This document shows, one piece after another, positions 57,705-64,000 of a DNA stretch of 64,000 bases. Origin of the DNA: an uncultured virus (IMG/VR IMGVR_UViG_3300023371_000086) (taxonomy: Duplodnaviria; Heunggongvirae; Uroviricota; Caudoviricetes); IMG/VR virus record IMGVR_UViG_3300023371_000086; one strand, written 5' to 3'. How positions within the stretch are numbered: position 1 is the first letter of the stretch; the number at the start of each line of letters is the position of its first letter. The position numbers and the translations under genes are program-made. Below the pieces are notes generated by a model. It ran no database searches. It was not told where the DNA came from and saw only the letters and a list, made by a program, of their open reading frames with translations.

Positions 57705-58043
57705 TTACTTACTATATAACAGTTTTCTTTTCATCTCAACGAAGTCAAGCAGCAAGGCATCTGATGCACGAATGAGTATTTTGGCATCGCAACTCATCGG
57801 GTGCGTAGGAATCATTCCCATCCTTACATACTTTCTTACAAGCTCCGGGGATACAGAGTGAAGCTCTGCCACAACCGCAGTGGTAAGTGTGCTGTTGTAG
57901 AATCTTCTGCAATCACAAGAATGAGACTGCATTTCTTCATTCAACTTCTCAAGGCTATTGCATCTGCTTTTAAGTGTCTCAACCTGCTCACGAAGAACTG
58001 TGTTGGAACTCACAAGGTCAGATACCGCATCTACAACATTCAT
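57705..58043 (-). CDS. Coiled-coil/HTH protein (excisionase-like)
   Basis: LTTAVVAELHSVSPELVRKYVRMG. Confidence 0.6.
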   Translation of the reverse strand: MNVVDAVSDLVSSNTVLREQVETLKSRCNSLEKLNEEMQSHSCDCRRFYNSTLTTAVVAELHSVSPELVRKYVRMGMIPTHPMSCDAKILIRASDALLLDFVEMKRKLLYSK

Positions 58044-58073
58044 AAGCTACTCCCTTTCATTTTTAATTGAACA

Positions 58074-58286
58074 CTAACACCTTTCTGGGAAAAGCTCCTC
58101 TGCAGGAATCTTTGTCACCTGACTGATGTAGTCAACATGATCCTGCTCCGCAGGTCTCGCCCTACCTTTAATCCAATTTCTGACAGCAGTCTCAGTAACA
58201 TTGCAGGCTGTTGCCAACTCCCTCACGAACTCCTGCTTCGGAGCTGACGAATGAGGAAGATTTTCATAATACTCTTTCAGATTCAT
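58074..58286 (-). CDS. Cro-like XRE HTH regulator
   Basis: LATACNVTETAVRNWIKG; divergent from the CI-like gene; start revised to MNLKE. Confidence 0.8.
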   Translation of the reverse strand: MNLKEYYENLPHSSAPKQEFVRELATACNVTETAVRNWIKGRARPAEQDHVDYISQVTKIPAEELFPERC

Positions 58287-58407
58287 TGCTTTACATGTTG
58301 CATTTTGCAACTCTTTTTACTAAGTTTGTCATTATATAATTATATCATGGTGTAAAATTAGGCATTTAGTTTGGATTTTCCAAATAATAGTTCTAAAAAT
58401 ACGTATT
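58287..58407. promoter_or_regulatory. Divergent lysis/lysogeny switch region
   Basis: Plus TAAGTTTG (58321-58328), minus TAATTTTA (58353-58360), palindromes GTTGCA-TTT-TGCAAC (58297-58311) and TTTGGA-TTT-TCCAAA (58370-58384). Confidence 0.65.
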
Positions 58408-58836
58408 ATGGACAGAAAAGAACAGCTTGGAATCATTTACGATTACTTGAGAAGCAAAGGAATCGTACATACAAAAAAGGAATTCGCACAAATGCTTGAA
58501 ATGAATTACTCTAGCATTACAAGTGCATTCAGCGGAAGCGAAAAATGCCTTACCGACAGCCTGTTCGTTTCGAGAATTGGCTCCACATTCTCCGATATAT
58601 TTAATAAGGAATGGCTCAAGACCGGGGAGGGTTCAATGCTCAAGTCTGACGGCATAAACATTTCTATCGGAGAGCTCGTCAACAATGGGAGCGGAAGCCA
58701 GAAAGTGGTCGGGCTTAACTTAGAAGACTCGGAGTCTATGAAAAACATCTTACTCATATTACAACAAAAGTGTGCAGAACAGGATGCGTATATTAAACAG
58801 CTCCTCGAAATTATCAAAAACCTGTCCAAAAACTAA
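58408..58836 (+). CDS. CI-like repressor
   Basis: TKKEFAQMLEMNYSSIT HTH; WLKTGEGSM motif; C-terminal coiled coil, no S24 peptidase seen. Confidence 0.75.
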   Translation: MDRKEQLGIIYDYLRSKGIVHTKKEFAQMLEMNYSSITSAFSGSEKCLTDSLFVSRIGSTFSDIFNKEWLKTGEGSMLKSDGINISIGELVNNGSGSQKVVGLNLEDSESMKNILLILQQKCAEQDAYIKQLLEIIKNLSKN

Positions 58837-58841
58837 AAGTC

Positions 58842-59774
58842 ATGAATCTATTTGAATCGGTAGCAAAAATCAAGGATGTAGCAACTCATGCACTCCATGC
58901 CATAACAACAGAGGAGGCTACAAAAACAGCACTCATACTGCCAATGCTGTCTGCTCTTGGATATGACATTTTCAACCCATATGAGCTGATACCTGAAATG
59001 GACTGCGACCTTTCTAGAGGTGGCGACAAGGTGGATTATGCAATATCTATCAACGGATCAATACGAATAATCATAGAGTGCAAGCACCATACTTGCAACC
59101 TTGCTGTACATGCTCCACAGCTCATGAAATACTATGCAGCATCAGAGGCGAAGTGTGGCATAATTACAAACGGCATCGAATATTGGTTCTATTCTGACAC
59201 AGTAAAGCAGAACATCATGGACAAAGAACCATTCCTTAAGTTCAACCTACTTGAAATGGGAAACGATGTCATCGAAGAACTGCACATGTTCTCCAAGGAC
59301 AGATTCAGCAACGAAGCCATACAAGGATACATTCGTGAGACCGAGCTTCGTGACAAGATAATCAAGTCATACAGATCGAACGTGACTAAGATGTCGGACG
59401 GATTCATCGAACTAATACTTGATTCTGCAGGAGTAGCCAAGTCTACAGACAACATAAGCCTATGCAGGGAGATACTTGCATCCGAGACAGGCTTCGAATC
59501 ACCAACACAGAATTCAGACGGTCTGTCATTGGTCGAAGTTGCAAGACACATACTGAGCGACTTTGCGGAGCCATCAAGGGTCTTTTCTGTGAAGTATAAG
59601 GAACACGAGACACTGTTCCTTGACAACCAGTCCAAGTGGCTATGCAGGGCATACAAGGGCAAGGGGATGATAATCTTTCCTCCTGCAAGCGAAAGCAGCA
59701 CTATGGACTATTCAAAAGCATCAGACCTTAATAAATATAAGGAACACCTGCTCAATGTAGCCAAGGGATACTAG
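58842..59774 (+). CDS. HsdR N-terminal-like PD-(D/E)xK nuclease-domain protein
   Basis: TEEATK.ALI.P...LGYD, KVDYAI...IECK, QL.KYY, TNG..Y.FY.D. Confidence 0.85.
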   Translation: MNLFESVAKIKDVATHALHAITTEEATKTALILPMLSALGYDIFNPYELIPEMDCDLSRGGDKVDYAISINGSIRIIIECKHHTCNLAVHAPQLMKYYAASEAKCGIITNGIEYWFYSDTVKQNIMDKEPFLKFNLLEMGNDVIEELHMFSKDRFSNEAIQGYIRETELRDKIIKSYRSNVTKMSDGFIELILDSAGVAKSTDNISLCREILASETGFESPTQNSDGLSLVEVARHILSDFAEPSRVFSVKYKEHETLFLDNQSKWLCRAYKGKGMIIFPPASESSTMDYSKASDLNKYKEHLLNVAKGY

Positions 59775-59798
59775 TCACAAACTAACCACAGAAAACAG

Positions 59799-60065
59799 AT
59801 GCCATCTACTCAAATACCAAAGGCTGCCATTGATATAAATGCAAGATTCTTCCAGGCTGTTGACTACCTTGTGGAAACAAGGAGAATCAGAGGACTTGGA
59901 ACTATAGCTACATTATGGGATGTAAGCCGCTTCTCTCTCACATGGTCAAAGAATCATCCTGAAGAAAAGCGACTCAAGATTGAATACATATATTATATAG
60001 CGAGGGACTACAACATATCACTGAACTGGCTCTTTTTCGGAAAGGGCGAAATGATTGAACCATGA
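59799..60065 (+). CDS. HTH DNA-binding protein
   Basis: RFF.A...ISLNWLFFGKGEM. Confidence 0.65.
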   Translation: MPSTQIPKAAIDINARFFQAVDYLVETRRIRGLGTIATLWDVSRFSLTWSKNHPEEKRLKIEYIYYIARDYNISLNWLFFGKGEMIEP

Positions 60066-61375
60066 TCTGCTTCTATCTCACTAACAGAGGGCGAGAAAAG
60101 TCGCCTATCAAAATGGAGATATACTTCAAGGGTAAGCACTACTCTAAGTATATCGGCGAGAGCGTGGACACAGCAATGTGGAACACAAAGAAGCAGGTAT
60201 CAAGGGTAACATCATCGTATCCGGAAGGCTCTCTAATCAATTCGCAGGTAGAAAAGTGGAGAACGGCAGCTTCCGAGACAATCGAACATTTCAAGGACAG
60301 GATGTCGCCTCCTTCTTCTGACGAATTCAAGGAAGAACTTGAAAAGCGAAGATTCAAGGACGGATACAGAACTCCTACGTCTTTGGTGGACTATTTCGAC
60401 ACATTCATAAAAAGGTATGAGAAAACAAGGTCTCCAGGACGAGTGAAGCACTACAGGCTTGCAAAAAACATCGTCACTGAATATCAGTCTGAAAAGAAAG
60501 TTACATTACGCTTCGAAGACATCAACCAGGACTTCTATAACCGGTTCACAGAATGGTTCTACTTGAAAGGTCATTCTGCAAACTACCTTGGGGAGACAAT
60601 AAAGGTCCTTAAGCTCGTTATCAACGAAGCAATGATAGTTGATAAGCTCCACTCAAATATTGACTTCAAAAGCCGTGGATTTTTGGCTCCTTCATCCCAG
60701 GTGGACAGCATCTACCTTACCGAAGACGAGCTTTTAAAGCTTCACAACCTTGAAATCAATGAAACAACAATTCAAGAAAGTTTCAACGGAATAGACATTT
60801 GGCAGACACAGCGAAAGATAAAGGCTTACACAAAGGCAAGGGACATGTTTCTAATCGGAGCATTCACCGGACTGCGAGTATCAGACTACTCTAGGCTTCT
60901 TCCTGAGAACATCACAGACAAGGTGAGGATACAAGCAAAGAAGACAGGCATCAAGTCAGTCATTCCTATTCATTGGGTGGTCCAGGAAATCATCGACAGA
61001 GGATACGACTTCTCAACAACAATGACCGATCAGAAGCTTAACAAGCACATCAAGGAAGTGGCGAAGCTTGCCGGCATTTCCGAAGAAGTCACCTACACAA
61101 AGAACGTGGGAGGAAAAGCTGTGCAGTTATCTTCTCCGAAGTATGAACTGATAAGCAGTCACACTGCCAGGCGTTCGTTTGCAACCAATGCATACAAGGC
61201 AGGAATACCGACTGTCTCAATAATGAAGATTACCGGACACAAGAAAGAAAGCACATTCCTCAAGTACATAAAAATCTCCGAGGAGGAAAATGCCGAAATG
61301 CTTATGACGCATTCTTTCTTCACGAAGCCAAATGCAGAGGGAAACGCAGAGGTAAAAAACAATGACGAAACTTAG
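60062..61375 (+). CDS. int: Tyrosine integrase
   Basis: TGLRVSD, KTG, SHTARRSFATN, TGH, FLKYI catalytic motifs. Confidence 0.95.
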   Translation: MICFYLTNRGREKSPIKMEIYFKGKHYSKYIGESVDTAMWNTKKQVSRVTSSYPEGSLINSQVEKWRTAASETIEHFKDRMSPPSSDEFKEELEKRRFKDGYRTPTSLVDYFDTFIKRYEKTRSPGRVKHYRLAKNIVTEYQSEKKVTLRFEDINQDFYNRFTEWFYLKGHSANYLGETIKVLKLVINEAMIVDKLHSNIDFKSRGFLAPSSQVDSIYLTEDELLKLHNLEINETTIQESFNGIDIWQTQRKIKAYTKARDMFLIGAFTGLRVSDYSRLLPENITDKVRIQAKKTGIKSVIPIHWVVQEIIDRGYDFSTTMTDQKLNKHIKEVAKLAGISEEVTYTKNVGGKAVQLSSPKYELISSHTARRSFATNAYKAGIPTVSIMKITGHKKESTFLKYIKISEEENAEMLMTHSFFTKPNAEGNAEVKNNDET

Positions 61376-61580
61376 AATCTCATCATGCGACCTTTACATA
61401 GACAAGTAATGATAATGAAAGAGACAGACAAAATAATGACGAAATATCGGCTTTGGTAAGGATTCCACTTCTTGCGATTCCCTTCCAACCGAATCACCAT
61501 TCAACTTTATAACTTACTTTTTTTGAGCCACTTAAAACTTTCCGCAGAGTGATGCGCAGAGGTAAAAGTGGCTTTTTTCT
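61334..61580. other. Probable attP region
   Basis: After int; direct repeats GCAGAG-N4-(A/G)CGCAGAGGTAAAA at 61334-61357 and 61544-61567; phage-like genes continue beyond. Confidence 0.45.
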
Positions 61581-61698
61581 TTGTTTTTAGCCTCATTCCT
61601 GGCAATCTCTGAAAACCACAAAGGCAACAACTTCGAACACCTATATTATATAATGGCATACATTGTGCCTTTGTTATGTCAAGTTCATTTTCACTAAC

Positions 61699-61836
61699 AT
61701 GACAGACATTGATTTCATTAGACTTTCCGCACTTGTGTTTGCGACAAGACTGATTGGCAAGGCTGCCGACCCAGTCAGTGAGGGGACGGATATGGCAGAA
61801 AGATTGTTTAACAAACTAAAAGAAAAGGAGGAATGA
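61699..61836 (+). CDS. Small protein (45 aa)
   Basis: Read by hand: MTDIDFIRLSALVFATRLIGKAADPVSEGTDMAERLFNKLKEKEE; followed by a terminator. Confidence 0.55.
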   Translation: MTDIDFIRLSALVFATRLIGKAADPVSEGTDMAERLFNKLKEKEE

Positions 61837-61844
61837 TGAAAAGC

Positions 61845-61879
61845 ACCCTGCTCCGGTGAGAATCGAAGCAGGGTTTTTT
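61845..61879 (+). terminator. Intrinsic terminator
   Basis: ACCCTGCT-N14-AGCAGGGT followed by a T-tract. Confidence 0.7.
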
Positions 61880-61911
61880 CATGCGTTATGGATATGTGAG
61901 TATTCTAATGC

Positions 61912-62340
61912 TCACTCTAATCCCTTGTACAGTTTCTTCCTACAGCAATCGCACATGAACATCTTTGCAACTGAGAACATCTTCTTGGCTATGTCACCGC
62001 TCATATACTGAAACTCCTCTCCATACGGATCAATATCATAAGCCAAGGCAATGTGTTTAGCAAGATGACCTTTCTCATGGTCGTAGGAATGAGCGAACTC
62101 ATCTGGACTACTAGTCTTGGCAATCACCATGACAGTCTCTCCCTTTCTGCTATTGGAATAAGTAAAGCCAGTATTAAGTTCTCCGGACTCAAGATTCTCC
62201 TTTGCTCTCCTATACTTCTCTCCTGAACATCCAATTCTTTTGAGTTCATTCAGTATGTCTTCCACCCAATAAGTGGTCACTGAGTAGAAGACCTTGCAAT
62301 GCCAATCGTAGTCCGGTAGGTATATGTCATGTACTATCAT
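61912..62340 (-). CDS. HExxH motif protein (putative metallopeptidase)
   Basis: HEKGH...EE; start revised to MIVHDIY. Confidence 0.6.
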   Translation of the reverse strand: MIVHDIYLPDYDWHCKVFYSVTTYWVEDILNELKRIGCSGEKYRRAKENLESGELNTGFTYSNSRKGETVMVIAKTSSPDEFAHSYDHEKGHLAKHIALAYDIDPYGEEFQYMSGDIAKKMFSVAKMFMCDCCRKKLYKGLE

Positions 62341-62342
62341 GG

Positions 62343-62774
62343 CTACAATATATCTTCCCAAGGGATAGGAACTCCGTTTCCATCCATCTTGGCAATCCAC
62401 ATTCTGAAAAGATTTTCGGGATTGTCGTCAACATCATCTATAATGCACTTAATGTGCTTTGCAAGATGCTGTTCATCTTCTATGGACTCCTTCCAAAAAT
62501 CGGCAAGGATCATGTTTGCTACATATACGAAGTTGTATCCTATGTTGTTCTTTAGGGTAACTCCATTCTTTGTAAGCATTTCTTCCACTCTCTCCTTTGA
62601 ATATGGCTCAATCTTTTCCAGGTTTCCAGTAGCCTTGCTTTCTCTTTCCATTAAAGAAACAGCCCATTCGCAAGCCTTCTTCGAGAATGAGTATCCATAG
62701 TTACGGAGATAAGCCTTCATCCTAGGAGGCATCATCTCCACATCATACATATCAAGAGGTGTTCTTCTTTTCAT
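62343..62774 (-). CDS. Conserved phage hypothetical protein
   Basis: YGYSFSKKACEWAVS.M...YVANMILADF...IPWEDIL. Confidence 0.75.
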   Translation of the reverse strand: MKRRTPLDMYDVEMMPPRMKAYLRNYGYSFSKKACEWAVSLMERESKATGNLEKIEPYSKERVEEMLTKNGVTLKNNIGYNFVYVANMILADFWKESIEDEQHLAKHIKCIIDDVDDNPENLFRMWIAKMDGNGVPIPWEDIL

Positions 62775-62787
62775 ATCACTCTTTCTT

Positions 62788-62812
62788 AAAAGAGGGGAGT
62801 TTCCTCCCCTCT
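62788..62812 (-). terminator. Hairpin / weak terminator
   Basis: AGAGGGGAG-GAAA-CTCCCCTCT-TTT. Confidence 0.5.
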
Positions 62813-62818
62813 GATTAA

Positions 62819-63121
62819 CTACCTGCGTCTTCTGCGTCTTTCGTTCATGTCGTCATCCTCATCGTCATAGTCGAATCGGTTTCCGTACATTGATCGACTG
62901 CTGTAAGAGCCACCTCCCTGGCTTCCTCTGCCTCCGTATGAACCGCCTCCGGAACCGCCAGAACCCATCTGGCCATAGTTTCCTCTTTCGCCCATACTCT
63001 CAGGGTCTTCCATCATCTGCTCTACGCATTGCATGGCTTTTCCCATATACTTCAGAGCCTTTTCGATATGGTCGGAAACTTTCTCAACCTTATCTTCTGT
63101 GATTTCAACAATGTATCCCAT
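62819..63121 (-). CDS. Gly/Ser-rich hypothetical protein with Arg tail
   Basis: 100 aa; GSGGSGGGSYGGRG; MNERRRRRR. Confidence 0.75.
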   Translation of the reverse strand: MGYIVEITEDKVEKVSDHIEKALKYMGKAMQCVEQMMEDPESMGERGNYGQMGSGGSGGGSYGGRGSQGGGSYSSRSMYGNRFDYDDEDDDMNERRRRRR

Positions 63122-63123
63122 AA

Positions 63124-63642
63124 TTATTCCTCCTTACTTCTTTTAGATTTAGACTGTTCCAGGGCATTAGACAGCATGGACATCATATCCCTAAGGGTAT
63201 CTTTGATGCCGACTACCTCTCCCTCAAGCATTGTCATCTTCTCTTCATGCTCCTTTTCTTTCTTGAAACTTGGATTCAAATCTCTGAGGATTCCATCGCA
63301 AGAGGCAAGCACCTTTTCGTGATAACCAACACTATCTAGGATTCCCTTGCTTGTATGGAGTAATCCTTCAACCTCTGCACTCATTGCCTCCTTGCTGTCA
63401 CTTACAATGACACTTCCACTGTTTGCAATACTAGCATTGGCATTGAGCTGTTTGAACTCAAGGATTTCTTCGTCAACTTTGACCTTTACATCTACAACCA
63501 TCTCCGGCTGCGTATTATAGCCAAACTGACCATACTTTGGTTGTGGATTGGTCATACTTACCACTTGACCAATCTTGAGCTTTAGTTCTTCTCCTTTCTC
63601 TAGGATGTAGAACAATCCATTCTGTCTAAGCCCTGAAAACAT
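63124..63642 (-). CDS. Hypothetical protein with C-terminal coiled coil
   Basis: 172 aa. Confidence 0.75.
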   Translation of the reverse strand: MFSGLRQNGLFYILEKGEELKLKIGQVVSMTNPQPKYGQFGYNTQPEMVVDVKVKVDEEILEFKQLNANASIANSGSVIVSDSKEAMSAEVEGLLHTSKGILDSVGYHEKVLASCDGILRDLNPSFKKEKEHEEKMTMLEGEVVGIKDTLRDMMSMLSNALEQSKSKRSKEE

Positions 63643-63664
63643 ATCTAAATCATTTTGTTGTTAC

Positions 63665-64000
63665 TTAAAACGAACCCGAAGCCTCCGGTGCCGAAGCAGC
63701 AGCCGCAGCAGCCGCAGGTGCTTCATAAGTTCCAACCAATTGCAATCTACCTGTTCGGCTGTTATAGTAAACAAGTACAAGGCTTGCTGTATCTGCTCCA
63801 CCTAAGTCAGCTACAGTTGCTTGACCTCCACTTGAGTTGAGAAGCTGAACTGAGCCAAAGAGGACGGGCAGAGTATCTGTAGCAGCCGTTGGAATAGGCT
63901 GTTGCAAATCAACGAGCAACAGACCAGTAAAAGCATTGTTCCTAAAAGCATCAAATGTGTAGGTCACATTTGTAGCTGTTGCGGTAACGCCTCTACTTTC
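63665..64000 (-). CDS. Hypothetical protein, partial (start beyond right edge)
   Basis: Frame open to the edge (ESRGVTATATNVTYTF...). Confidence 0.7.
   Translation of the reverse strand, partial: ESRGVTATATNVTYTFDAFRNNAFTGLLLVDLQQPIPTAATDTLPVLFGSVQLLNSSGGQATVADLGGADTASLVLVYYNSRTGRLQLVGTYEAPAAAAAAASAPEASGSF

Noticed and set aside
14393..57709. GTAAGT as a spliceosomal donor site
   Set aside because: Phage context; the motif is fixed just before start codons and the ORFs are uninterrupted
3619..57861. Plus-strand ORFs of 60-273 aa opposite minus-strand genes (e.g. 54882-55703, 27392-27925)
   Set aside because: Antisense shadows with no recognisable motifs or start signals
58842..59774. Complete type I restriction-modification system
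   Set aside because: No motor domain, hsdM or hsdS; the MTase at 42261 is a distant orphan beta-class enzyme
1..64000. Diversity-generating retroelement, retron or stop-codon recoding
   Set aside because: No reverse transcriptase motif or template/variable repeat pair noticed; genes are full length under the standard code
61912..64000. Host chromosome beyond the integrase
   Set aside because: Genes are compact, unknown and phage-like, with no housekeeping gene

Overview
The whole window is part of a temperate, long-tailed (siphovirus-like) dsDNA phage. The host is most likely in the Bacteroidales, judged from TAnnTTTG-type promoters and a Bacteroidetes RpoB-like segment. Almost all genes are on the minus strand. 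From left to right it holds: tail genes (tail tip cut by the window edge, Dit-like, tape measure, chaperone, major tail), head-tail connectors, capsid, decoration protein and scaffold; a ~9.5 kb island of small unknown genes that splits the head module; an ADP-ribosylhydrolase beside a MuF minor head protein fused to an ADP-ribosyltransferase; portal and terminases; tRNA-Ser(GCT); a stand-alone MgsA/RarA C-terminal domain; a coupled five-gene modification operon (PIG-L deacetylase, ATP-grasp, phosphatidylserine-decarboxylase-like membrane protein, ParB-N, GREB1/TAGT-like glycosyltransferase); accessory, replication and recombination genes; a Cro/CI switch; a plus-strand lysogeny cassette with a tyrosine integrase; a probable attP; and more phage genes. 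The strongest candidates for new biology are the modification operon near the terminase, a conserved AGTAAGTT-ATG start motif with a complementary copy in the structured head-operon leader, the MuF-ART/ARH pair, an RNA-polymerase-beta-insert mimic, and a 19-aa peptide/antisense RNA module. All calls come from motif recognition by eye; no searches or folding programs were run.
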